Source of the DNA: Chitinivibrionales bacterium
GTDB taxonomy: Bacteria; Fibrobacterota; Chitinivibrionia; Chitinivibrionales; WJKA01
Direction: 5' to 3'
DNA length: 64,000 nucleotides
Assembly: GCA_038247415.1 (NCBI GenBank)
Contig: JBBRUX010000010.1
Location: 33,191-97,190, forward strand
Shown here piece by piece: positions 27,348 to 37,311 of this stretch (position 1 is its first letter; each line of letters opens with the position of its first letter). Below the pieces are notes generated by a model that did no database searches, was not told where the DNA came from, and was given only the letters and a program-made list of their open reading frames with translations. A program made the translations under genes and the position numbers.

Positions 27348-29495
27348 TTACGGTGCTAGGTGCTTGAGTCTTAATGCTAATTTCTCGCCATCAATCAGCT
27401 TAATTTTTCTTTCTTTTCCTCTAATATTTAATGTAAATGCTACCGATTTCCATGCTTTGGGGAGAGTTGCGGCAAATGAGAGGCTGTTATCAATGAGTCT
27501 CATTTTGCAAAATCCTTCTAGAATTACACGCGATACAAGTGCACTGCAAGCAATGTGATGACCTGTAAATTCGCAGCAGGTGTGTAAATCTCGTAGGTCG
27601 ATGTCGGCTGCAATCTGGTAAAGCCTGTACGCTTCATCGGTTAATCCTATATGGCTTGCGCATAGTGCATATGCTGGCTCGGATAATGAAGACAGATGCT
27701 TGCAGCGCTCGATATAATAATGATAATTTGATTCAAGCATTTTTCCGGTAAGGGAATCGGGATTTGCCAGGACCATTGCAATAACGTCGGCTTGTTTGCC
27801 AATTTGTTTTTCTGGGTGTTCGTAGAATCCATCGAATTGTTCAATGATGCCTAATTCATTGGGCTGTTTTTGTTTGATGCGATCGGCAACTTCTTTCCAC
27901 TGTGCAAGTTCCAATGCATCGACTTTGCCAGCACAATATTCAATTGACCAAAGCAGGTTGAGCCGAGCCAAATGATTGGTATAAGCGTTGTTGTCAACGT
28001 TTTGATTGAATTCGTCCGGGCCTGCAACAAATAAAATTTCGCCTTTTGCATTTGTTTTACTCGACCAGAATCTGGCTGTCTCAGCAAGGAGTTCCCAGCC
28101 TTTTGTTTCCATAAATTCTGTATCGTGAGTCCATTTGAAATAGTCAACAACACCCCATGCAACTGCACCAACAATGTGTACTTGTGTGCGATTGAGAAGG
28201 ATCCAGGGCGAAATGCCTTCTTCACCCGTTGGCGCAGATTCCCACGGAAACATTGTGCCTTTGTAGCCGTTGCGAAGTGCTTTCTCCTTGGCTGCAGGTA
28301 TTCCTGCGTGACGAAAGAGAAGATGGTTTTTTGCTTTTTCTGGGAATGTGCGAGTAATAAGAGGGAGGATATAGATATCCATATCCCAAAAAATAAGCCC
28401 ATGATAACCTTCGTCGGAAAGGGCATTAAGGCCAATTGCAATTTTAGATGTGTCAAGCATTGCACACATGATCTGATAGGTACTATACCGAAGAGACTGC
28501 TGGTCGTTGAGGGGTCCATCGATAATGATATCTGCACGATTCCAAATTGCCTTCCAGCGTGCCCGATGCGATTGCAAATGTGCATCAAAGGTACGATAAG
28601 AAATTTCTTGTCCTATTTTTTGAGACGTTTCGTATGGCTTTAGTTCTAATCGCGTATGAGAAAGCGCAACAAAACGATCGATAACCAATTCGCCATTTCC
28701 TTTGATGCAAAAACAATCAGACGATGTCCCTTTAATAACAGTTCCAGTTCCCTTGGTAAGTGTGCAGCTCATGGAAATTCCGAGTTTCATATTTTTCTTG
28801 AGGGTAATTCCTTGCCAGATTACACTGTTTTCTGATGTGTTAAGGAACTTTTTAGATGCCCACAAGTCAAATGTTTTGCCACTCGCACGAACATTTTTAA
28901 TGTCATCATCAATGCCAATATTTATTTCGCAGGTCTGTGAATGATTACATGGAGTAAGGGTTATCCGTTCGAAAACACAGGATGTTTGGTCTTTTGAAGC
29001 GAATCGCATTGCATGAAAATGCCAAGGGTTTCCATCGAGAAGAATGTCCCCTTCAATGTGCAACAAGGCACTTTGCATATCGAGAGTGCGTGTGAAGGCT
29101 TTAGTTTGTACTTCTGAGCTAAAAGTGTAAAAGAGATTAGGCGATGCAACAAGAGCCCACTCACGACCATGCGCTCTAATAGATTCGTGTGTGGGGAAAA
29201 GTTCCTTGTCCCATAGTTGATCTGCTTCGGGTACCCAGTAAAGATCGGCTGGTCCATGTGCGTAAAGCCCATTGATATAGGTGCCTCGCGTTCCTTTAGG
29301 TCCAAAGGGAAGTGCAGCACGACAGCCAAAGTAACCGTTTGTAAGATGGTAAACGCATTCTTGCAGCCGCTCTGGTGTGGGTTCAGGAAGTTTTTTTGCA
29401 CCAATGAGCCAATCTGAACCGGGTAACATATAAGTGCTTAACGAGTCTGAGCCTGGTTGTGGAGCGATAAGGGGAATAATGGTTGAGATTTCCAT
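27348..29495 (-). CDS. Glycoside hydrolase family 65 protein (phosphorylase/hydrolase)
   Basis: TNGYFGCR, GYHGLIFWD, FPWES, catalytic GPDEF, NNAYTN, KQAD, HLSSLS. Confidence 0.9.
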   Translation of the reverse strand: MEISTIIPLIAPQPGSDSLSTYMLPGSDWLIGAKKLPEPTPERLQECVYHLTNGYFGCRAALPFGPKGTRGTYINGLYAHGPADLYWVPEADQLWDKELFPTHESIRAHGREWALVASPNLFYTFSSEVQTKAFTRTLDMQSALLHIEGDILLDGNPWHFHAMRFASKDQTSCVFERITLTPCNHSQTCEINIGIDDDIKNVRASGKTFDLWASKKFLNTSENSVIWQGITLKKNMKLGISMSCTLTKGTGTVIKGTSSDCFCIKGNGELVIDRFVALSHTRLELKPYETSQKIGQEISYRTFDAHLQSHRARWKAIWNRADIIIDGPLNDQQSLRYSTYQIMCAMLDTSKIAIGLNALSDEGYHGLIFWDMDIYILPLITRTFPEKAKNHLLFRHAGIPAAKEKALRNGYKGTMFPWESAPTGEEGISPWILLNRTQVHIVGAVAWGVVDYFKWTHDTEFMETKGWELLAETARFWSSKTNAKGEILFVAGPDEFNQNVDNNAYTNHLARLNLLWSIEYCAGKVDALELAQWKEVADRIKQKQPNELGIIEQFDGFYEHPEKQIGKQADVIAMVLANPDSLTGKMLESNYHYYIERCKHLSSLSEPAYALCASHIGLTDEAYRLYQIAADIDLRDLHTCCEFTGHHIACSALVSRVILEGFCKMRLIDNSLSFAATLPKAWKSVAFTLNIRGKERKIKLIDGEKLALRLKHLAP

Positions 29496-29853
29496 ACAAG
29501 CCTTTCTGGGTGATGCGGTCTATTGAAACTTTGTCTGGTTAAATCTGGTTTGTGATTATTATACCTATTTTAGCTAAATTATGTCTGTAAATGTTCCAGC
29601 ACTGTATTGAGTTTTTATGCAATTGTCTGGATGTGGGATAATAAACGACTTTTAGCGCGTATATAAGTCACATTTTTTGGAAATGTGAATTGAGCTTTTC
29701 GGGGCAACAGAAAACATACTTTTGCTCGCGGTAGGAAGGTGCTATTTTCTTTTGTAGATTGAACTGAAGACGCTCTGCTCCAGAGCATTCCCATGGCAGA
29801 GGTTCAATTAAAAAGAGCGATGTCGAATTTTCATTACAGAAAGCTTTAGCTCA

Positions 29854-32800
29854 ATGCTCGATCTTCATTTTGCCCCGTCAATAGATTTACTGGTGCCCAT
29901 AATTCTAGAACAGATGCAGGCGCAATGGGATGATCCATTGTGCTCTCCTCGTATTATTGTGCCTAATCCTGCAATCGGAAAATGGTTGACTATGAGGCTC
30001 GCCGATGGAAATATATCGAGTACTGATAGTTTGCAAATTCGGAGGGGCATGGGATGTGTGGCAAATCTTGAGATGGTGCGGCTCGAGCACTATTTATGGA
30101 ATATTCTTGCGCCTGCAGATACCATGTGTTTGCTTGACGTAGAGCATCTTATGCAAGTGGTATGCGGAATTCTTGACGAGAAACTGCTTGCTTCGGAATT
30201 ATATCTTACCTTACGAGACTATGTATACACAAACGATGAAAAAATTGATTCGCTCAAACGAGTTCAACTTTCAGGTAGAATAGCGCATCTTTTTTTAGAA
30301 TATGAATATAACCGTCCGAGTGTGTGGCAATCGGACGGAAGTGGTACCTGGCGCAGTCATGGAATTGACGCTACGTGGCTTGCCGGTAAAAATTATTTTA
30401 AAAATGCCGATAATGAAGCTTGGCAAAAAGATTTATATTGCAGATGTAGTACACTTCTTGGCAATAATAACCAATCGCCGTATATTTCTTTGCCGCATCT
30501 GTATCGGTTACGGCGAGAAAATACCCTTAACCCGTGGGTTGTTCCCCCTTGTACTCTTTTTCTTTTTGGCGTAAGTAAAGTAAGTCACTTTCATAGAAAT
30601 ATTCTTGCAGAAATCTCTCAAATGCCTGGCGTAAACATGCGGTTATTTCTTACAAACCCTTGTGCCGAGTTCTGGGAGGATGTGAATACAAGCCGCACTG
30701 CTAAAATTCGACGGTCATGGAATTCAAGTTCGATACTATCCGAGACCGGAATACCGTGCCGGAGCCAAGAGGACTATAGTAAGAATGAATTTAGAGAATT
30801 TGTATCGCTCAAAAAGCATAATCCAGTTCTGCTCCAGCCCGATCAGGAATTACTCGAGTTGTGGGGGAGCGCAGGAAAAGAGAATATCTTTTTATGGTGT
30901 CCGCAAGCCACCTGGAATTTTGAATACCATAGCCCTTCTTGGATCGAATCGGAATCTCCCCCTACGACGTTGCTAAAAGCAATTCAGTGGTCGCTGCTTA
31001 AAAGAAGCACGATCTTGCCTGCGTGCGAAAAACCCTGGCATGATGATGGCTCAATAAAGATAGTAGCATGCCCGGATAAAAACCGAGAAATACAAGAGCT
31101 TAAGGAGCAGATTCTCGATCTTGTGCATGCAGGAACTATCGACAAACTTAATGAAGTTGTTGTGTATGTACCCGATCCACGTGCCTATGTTGCATGTATT
31201 CAGAAGGTTTTTGGTTCGAGCGATAGTTCCGATCCTTTGTCAATTCCTTTTTCTATAGTGGGAGATGGTGGCAAACAGAGCCTCTTTGCGCAAGGGATAC
31301 TATGCTTTACAAATATTATTGAGGGGTCACGATTTGATCGCGCTCGAATTTTTGAATTTTTAAGAAACCCTCTAGTCCAAGCACGTCGAAAAAGCAGCGC
31401 TGAAATGGTTGCCATTTGGGAGAAATGGGCAGAGGATTTATGCATTTTTAGGGGATTTAATAAAGAGCATCGATCCCTTATGGGAGATAAAGGGTTAAGT
31501 GCAACAAATGCTCATACCTTTGAGCTTGGGATTATGAGACTGCTTGTAGGAAATGTAGCCGCGAGTGGGCTATCGCTTGGTGGTCGATCACATCTGGAGC
31601 TTGGCGCGAACGAGCAAGCCGATGACTTTGAATGCATTCCCTATCGTGATTTTGAAACTTCGGATTCAGATTCTGTGGAACTTTTTTGCGCGCTTATCGA
31701 TGAATTGTATTCTGATGTGTTAGCCTTTCGTCACCATGATTTAAGTAGTGTGAGTGAGAATATCGATTTTCTTAAAACTCTCTTTTCTAAATGGTTTGGT
31801 TCAAGTTTCGATGTATCTTCGACCCACTCTAATGCAGAGGGGCGTGCTTTACAAGCATTTTTAGATTCGTTAGAGTCAATTAAACTGCAAGAAACCCTAG
31901 CGCACCGAAAATCGATAGATCGCAAGGAACTTCTTGTTCTTGTAAAAAACTGTGTGCCAAACGAAAGCGCATCAATAAACGCCGCTTGGGTAGGTGGGAT
32001 TTCATTTGTTCCGCTTCATGCTGCAATGATCGTTCCTCACAAGGTTGTTTTTGTTGTAGGGCTTGGGGCAAGCGTGTTTCCCGGAACAAACGAAAAGCCA
32101 GCATGGGATCTTTTATCTAATCATCGAATTGTTGGGGATAGTGATATTGTGCGTGATAATCGATTTGCATTTCTAGAGCTTTTGCTTGCCGCTGGGGATA
32201 AGCTTGTGCTGTCGTATCAAGCGCGAAACATGCAAAAAGAAGAATGTTTACAACCTGCTAGCGTGCTCTTAGAACTTGAATCTTATTTAATAAATCAGGG
32301 AATTGTGGAAAAGCCCGATTCTGGAAAATCGAAATGCTTGATCCATCAAGAAATTCCTTGGATTAAGCACGAATCGCTTGAACTAATATCAAGATTTGGG
32401 CGTAAACATGGAAGTTGGAATTGGGAAGATATTGAGAGGGCTTTGCTCGAGCATAATCCGAGAGTGGCACATAGGCATGATATCAACCTAGCGTCAAGGT
32501 TATTTGGGGCAAGCAGTGAAGTCGCTGTTCCCCGGGTAAGAACGAGTTTGGCCTCTGTGAGAAAGTTTTTTGCAAATCCGCTCGAATATCATCTTGCAAA
32601 AACATTGAAGCTTGAATTTGATGAAGCCCCGGGGAGTTTGTCGGCAACAGATGAACCCCTAGATTCGGGAGTGCTATTACTTGCTTCTTTACAAAAAAAA
32701 ATAATTACTCAATTACTCAAGGACGTTTTTCCTGAAATTCCACTCAGACAAGTTATCACACCAGAAGTAATGTCTCATAAGGCACATGAGTATGCCGAAA

Positions 32801-33588
32801 AAGTGTATGCAGAACATAGTGCGCGCGGGTATGCGCCTGAGGCCGCATTCGAAAAATTGGAAAAAAGTTTTTTGTGTCAATGGGCTCGTGCGTATTCTAC
32901 GGGGCTCTTTGAGCTCCAAGCAAAATTTCCAAGCCATATGGTGCTGGAGAAAAAAAATAGTTCTTTGGGAAGGCTCGAGTATCCCTGGAATCTTATTGTT
33001 GATATATCGGAAAATAAAAAATGCCTTCTTGAAGTTATCTATCAGCTTGCATTAGTACCCCGGGATTGGAATGCGCCTGGAGGTAGTATTGGGATTATTG
33101 ATATCAAAAAAGATGGAGTGGTATCCGACAATCCTGATGCATGGCTTACGGGTGTATGCGCATGGGTTTATGAATATGAAACTAAAAACCCATGTGAGGT
33201 TGTACTTATTCAGCTTAATCGGGAAGAGTGTTCGTGCTCGTATTCTGTTATGTCTAATTCCCATGATAGTGCGCGTCCCAAAAAGTGGTTAGCGTATTTA
33301 CTTAAACTCATGTTGCTTGATAAATGTTCAGATAATTTGCCATTTGTTATTGTTAAAGCGCTTACTAAAGGTAATCCAAAAATTCAACAAACAAAAGAAG
33401 AACGCTGGAATGCTATTACACATAAGAATCTGAGCGAAGCCTTAGAAAAAGAACATGGCGAATATACCTGTTATCTCGAATCATTTAATTTAACAGATGC
33501 CACTATTCCAAATACGAGCGATGAGGAGCTTCGAAAAACCAGTTTTTTTAGATATGGTCCTATGATCGAACGGTGGTTTCATGAGTAA
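29854..33588 (+). CDS. recC: Exodeoxyribonuclease V gamma subunit RecC
   Basis: IIVPN..WL, NPCAEFW, LLELWG..G, IPFSI, DNRFAFLELLL, LVLSY, FFANP; upstream of recB and recD. Confidence 0.88.
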   Translation: MLDLHFAPSIDLLVPIILEQMQAQWDDPLCSPRIIVPNPAIGKWLTMRLADGNISSTDSLQIRRGMGCVANLEMVRLEHYLWNILAPADTMCLLDVEHLMQVVCGILDEKLLASELYLTLRDYVYTNDEKIDSLKRVQLSGRIAHLFLEYEYNRPSVWQSDGSGTWRSHGIDATWLAGKNYFKNADNEAWQKDLYCRCSTLLGNNNQSPYISLPHLYRLRRENTLNPWVVPPCTLFLFGVSKVSHFHRNILAEISQMPGVNMRLFLTNPCAEFWEDVNTSRTAKIRRSWNSSSILSETGIPCRSQEDYSKNEFREFVSLKKHNPVLLQPDQELLELWGSAGKENIFLWCPQATWNFEYHSPSWIESESPPTTLLKAIQWSLLKRSTILPACEKPWHDDGSIKIVACPDKNREIQELKEQILDLVHAGTIDKLNEVVVYVPDPRAYVACIQKVFGSSDSSDPLSIPFSIVGDGGKQSLFAQGILCFTNIIEGSRFDRARIFEFLRNPLVQARRKSSAEMVAIWEKWAEDLCIFRGFNKEHRSLMGDKGLSATNAHTFELGIMRLLVGNVAASGLSLGGRSHLELGANEQADDFECIPYRDFETSDSDSVELFCALIDELYSDVLAFRHHDLSSVSENIDFLKTLFSKWFGSSFDVSSTHSNAEGRALQAFLDSLESIKLQETLAHRKSIDRKELLVLVKNCVPNESASINAAWVGGISFVPLHAAMIVPHKVVFVVGLGASVFPGTNEKPAWDLLSNHRIVGDSDIVRDNRFAFLELLLAAGDKLVLSYQARNMQKEECLQPASVLLELESYLINQGIVEKPDSGKSKCLIHQEIPWIKHESLELISRFGRKHGSWNWEDIERALLEHNPRVAHRHDINLASRLFGASSEVAVPRVRTSLASVRKFFANPLEYHLAKTLKLEFDEAPGSLSATDEPLDSGVLLLASLQKKIITQLLKDVFPEIPLRQVITPEVMSHKAHEYAEKVYAEHSARGYAPEAAFEKLEKSFLCQWARAYSTGLFELQAKFPSHMVLEKKNSSLGRLEYPWNLIVDISENKKCLLEVIYQLALVPRDWNAPGGSIGIIDIKKDGVVSDNPDAWLTGVCAWVYEYETKNPCEVVLIQLNREECSCSYSVMSNSHDSARPKKWLAYLLKLMLLDKCSDNLPFVIVKALTKGNPKIQQTKEERWNAITHKNLSEALEKEHGEYTCYLESFNLTDATIPNTSDEELRKTSFFRYGPMIERWFHE

Positions 33589-36500
33589 TTACACTGCCCT
33601 GCAAATTACCAGTGCACACGATATTGATCTTGGCAAACATGGTGTAATTGAAGCACATGCAGGAACTGGCAAAACATATACCATTGTGCAAATGGTACTT
33701 GCCATTTTGCAAAAACCAGTGTACACCGAAAAAGGTGATCTTCGATTTTGCAGTATTCGGGAAATCCTCCTTGTTACCTTCACCGAAAAAGCAGCGGGGG
33801 AATTGACCACGCGCATTCGTGATGGAATTAGTACCCTCATTACCGCATTAAAAAATGATGGGCAACCTCACAATAATCAACTCATTGCGCATCTTGAAAA
33901 TAGCCTCAACACCATGCATGAAGCCCTTATAGGCACTATACATGGCGTATGTCTTCGTCTTTTGCAAACATGGCCGTTTGAAACGGGCATCCATTTCGAA
34001 ACGGAAATTGTAGATGACAGCGAGGGCATTGAGCAAACATTGCGTGCTTCAATGCGATCGGATTGGCACGAACAGGAATCCGCTATCCCTTGGGCGTTAG
34101 AGCAGCTAGAAAAGCAGGGCCAAAGATTTGAAGAAAAATGTGTTGCCTTAATTTGTAAGACTGCCAGAGAACTTCTTGACGAAGATAATACAGTTTTGGA
34201 TAGATCTTCGATTGATGATTTAACTTTGAAAACGCTAAAAATGTTGCTTGATGGGGGCGTGTCGGCGTATAACACCATTTCAAGTGGTAGAGACTTTGTT
34301 AAAAAGGTAACAGAATGTATTAGGACAATGGAAGATATTTTAAATAATCCTATGAAATATTTTTCCCCCGAGATTTCGCAAGAGTTTCGCCGTAGGATAC
34401 ATTTGTGGAATAGCAATTTGACTTCTGGCATAGAGAGTATTTCGTTTGGGAGCCTTAAAACATATAATGGAAATAAAAGAATAAATACTCCTACAACACA
34501 AAAACATCCTCTTTTTAATCAACTTAAGGAGCAACAGGAGGCTCTAGGAACACATCAGTTTTTAAAAATTGTTTCTGGCGATACTATTCTTATTACTCTT
34601 ATTTTTGACGCTGCCTCTATTGTGGCTACGCGTTGGAATTTAGAAAAAAGAATACGAGGACTCCTCTCATATAACGATATGCTGAGGCTTATGCACAAGG
34701 CCGTTTTTAGTACTAGCACTTTTCTTTTGTCATTGCGGGGAAGGCTTCGCTATGGCATTATAGATGAATTTCAGGATACAAGCATTACACAATGGGAAAT
34801 TTTTAAGAGGATTTTTGTGGATAAGGATTCTAGCGCTACAAGACTATTTCTTGTGGGTGACCCAAAACAATCGATTTATTCTTTTCAAGGTGCAGATATA
34901 ACAAGTTATGTGCAGGCAAAAGAAGCACTTGTTGCTCATGAAGGAATCGTTTATCATCTTGCAAAAAACTATCGCTCGTTGCCGAAGATGATAGAAGGCT
35001 ACAATGCCATTGTTGGAAGAGCGCCCAATGACTCTACCCATGAGGAAGATTGGTTTTCGTGTGACACTGCAGTAACAGACACTCTGTGCTATCCAAGTGT
35101 GGGGGCTGCGGGGAATATGGCCATTTCGCCAGAGCGACATCTTTTGCCACAACATCCTTTAGTAGGCCCACCCATTTACGTAATGGCTCTAGAAGGCAAC
35201 GCCCCAGATCGCTACGAGCATATGGCCAAGCTTGTTGCAATGGCTATAAAGAAATTGCGTGGAACGTATGTGTCTTTACCTGATGGTATTGGATGGAATC
35301 AACAAAACGAACCACTAGACTATAAAGATTTTGCAATAATTGTGGAGAGTCACAAACTAGCCGAGCCATTTCTTGCACAATGCACAACAGAAGGAATCCC
35401 TGTTGTTAAGTATAAAATGGAAGGCGTTTTTCAGTCGGTGATGGCGCGTGATGTGCATGCACTGTTACGGGCAATTATCCATGGTCATAACGACCCCTCA
35501 TTTCAATGTGCGATGTTACTAACAGTTTTTTTTAATCGCAAACCTCACGAAATAGATCCTGTGCAAGACTTCCTCCCTTGTTCGTCGTTAGCCCCCTGTA
35601 TGTTTGATAACCTTTGTGCTTGTCACGCCCTTTCTAAGTGGCGATATTTAGCAGAGAATATGTTGTGGGCCCAACTTTTTAAGAGTATACAATATCGTAC
35701 GGGAATCCATAAACGCATTATGCAATTAGTTGACGGAGAGCGGCTGGTTGCTGATTTGGATCAGGTAATAGATTATTGTTTGGAACTGCTTTACGTTAAC
35801 AATGTTAGTCTTTTGCAGCTGGTTGAACATTTAGGAAGATTATATAACAACGAAGAAACCATGGGTCTCGATAAAAATTTACATGTTCTGGCAACAGATA
35901 AATCGAGTGTAAAAGTGTTAACAATGCATGCTTCTAAAGGCTTGGAGTTTCCCGTTGTTTTTCTTGTTACAGGAGGATCTCGTAGCGATCCCAAAGGGAC
36001 GCATCTGCTTGCGTGGATGGGAGACGATCGCAAGAAACACATTGAACCTTTGTTAAGTCTAGTGCGAAATAAGCAAGCTTCCGATCAACGAATGCAGGAA
36101 CGTCGTAGGCTTTTGTACGTGGCTTTAACGCGTCCGCAAGCACTACTTTTTGTGCCACTGCATTTTTCTATTGTTGCGCGTGATGATGAGGGGAAAATCG
36201 ATTGGGAATACTGTGTGAAACCTAGAATTGCTTCCGATGATGATCTTACTCCACGCCTCCAAGCATTGTGTGTGACCAATCATCCTGAAATTGAAGTATT
36301 TAACGAATTAGCATGGAATAATGAACTAAATGCTCCCTTAAACAATGCTCTTCCTGCGCCCGCGTGGTCTGTGGATAGCCTTGAAAAAATTCCTAGTGTC
36401 AATATATTAAAAACACTCTGTCGTCAAACAAGTTATAGCGTATTGAGTAAGCTTGCAACCATAGATCGATCTCTTGATAAAAGCGAAGAAGTTTTAGATG

Positions 36501-37234
36501 TATTTCTCGAAACTCAAACCCAAGCTAAAAAAGAACGCCCCGTGCTTCCGGGTGGCGCCCCTACTGGAAATGCGTTACATGTTGCAATAGAAGCGTTGTT
36601 GCGAGAAGAAAATATAGCTACCTGTTTAAAAGATCCATTGCATTTAAACAAGCTTATTGCAGATTCTTTTGAAAGAAGCAGTGTAGTATTTTCGGCAAAA
36701 GAGTCCGGTTCGGTTGTGTTGGCGCACGAATATGCGAGCAGGTGTATCAGAAATGCTTTACTGGCGACACTTATACTTCCGGATAATTGTACACTGTGTC
36801 TTACAGATCTTAAACGAGCGGATAGAATCCCAGAAATGGAATTTTTACTGGGAGTTAGTCCACATTGGGTTCATGGCTATATGGATCTTGTCTTTCGGGT
36901 TGAGAATAAAAAAGCTGTGCATCCTTGGAAATATTTTATTCTCGATTGGAAAAGCGATCAGCTTGAAGCATTTACTATGCCGAATCTGGAAGAAATCATT
37001 GTGGCACGACATTATGATCTTCAGGCCAAAATATATTCACATGCGCTCGATTCTTATTTACGCGGAGTCTTACAATCGGACTATAACCCGGATGAAAATC
37101 TTGGAGGGGCAGTCTATATGTTTTTGCGTGGTGCATATGATTCAGGAGTTTTGGGAACTCACTATGTGTGGACTCGTAAAGCAGATCCAGCTGCCGATGC
37201 AGAATTTGTAAAAAATACTGTTTTAAAGATTTAA
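33581..37234 (+). CDS. recB: Exodeoxyribonuclease V beta subunit RecB (helicase + nuclease)
   Basis: EAHAGTGKT, VTFTEKAA, DEFQDT, GDPKQSIY, TMHASKGLEF, LYVALTR; nuclease GYMDL..LDWKS..YDLQ. Confidence 0.92.
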   Translation: MSNYTALQITSAHDIDLGKHGVIEAHAGTGKTYTIVQMVLAILQKPVYTEKGDLRFCSIREILLVTFTEKAAGELTTRIRDGISTLITALKNDGQPHNNQLIAHLENSLNTMHEALIGTIHGVCLRLLQTWPFETGIHFETEIVDDSEGIEQTLRASMRSDWHEQESAIPWALEQLEKQGQRFEEKCVALICKTARELLDEDNTVLDRSSIDDLTLKTLKMLLDGGVSAYNTISSGRDFVKKVTECIRTMEDILNNPMKYFSPEISQEFRRRIHLWNSNLTSGIESISFGSLKTYNGNKRINTPTTQKHPLFNQLKEQQEALGTHQFLKIVSGDTILITLIFDAASIVATRWNLEKRIRGLLSYNDMLRLMHKAVFSTSTFLLSLRGRLRYGIIDEFQDTSITQWEIFKRIFVDKDSSATRLFLVGDPKQSIYSFQGADITSYVQAKEALVAHEGIVYHLAKNYRSLPKMIEGYNAIVGRAPNDSTHEEDWFSCDTAVTDTLCYPSVGAAGNMAISPERHLLPQHPLVGPPIYVMALEGNAPDRYEHMAKLVAMAIKKLRGTYVSLPDGIGWNQQNEPLDYKDFAIIVESHKLAEPFLAQCTTEGIPVVKYKMEGVFQSVMARDVHALLRAIIHGHNDPSFQCAMLLTVFFNRKPHEIDPVQDFLPCSSLAPCMFDNLCACHALSKWRYLAENMLWAQLFKSIQYRTGIHKRIMQLVDGERLVADLDQVIDYCLELLYVNNVSLLQLVEHLGRLYNNEETMGLDKNLHVLATDKSSVKVLTMHASKGLEFPVVFLVTGGSRSDPKGTHLLAWMGDDRKKHIEPLLSLVRNKQASDQRMQERRRLLYVALTRPQALLFVPLHFSIVARDDEGKIDWEYCVKPRIASDDDLTPRLQALCVTNHPEIEVFNELAWNNELNAPLNNALPAPAWSVDSLEKIPSVNILKTLCRQTSYSVLSKLATIDRSLDKSEEVLDVFLETQTQAKKERPVLPGGAPTGNALHVAIEALLREENIATCLKDPLHLNKLIADSFERSSVVFSAKESGSVVLAHEYASRCIRNALLATLILPDNCTLCLTDLKRADRIPEMEFLLGVSPHWVHGYMDLVFRVENKKAVHPWKYFILDWKSDQLEAFTMPNLEEIIVARHYDLQAKIYSHALDSYLRGVLQSDYNPDENLGGAVYMFLRGAYDSGVLGTHYVWTRKADPAADAEFVKNTVLKI

Positions 37235-37311
37235 AAAATTGTCACAGCATTGTTCCGGTGCCAGAATTTATTGGTAAGAGTTTGCACAATCAATTTTTAA
37301 AAGGGCTCTTC

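Noticed and set aside
29758..29808. Hairpin (ATTGAAC..GCTCTG/CAGAGC..GTTCAAT) upstream of recC
   Set aside because: Short stems with no recognisable riboswitch or operator consensus
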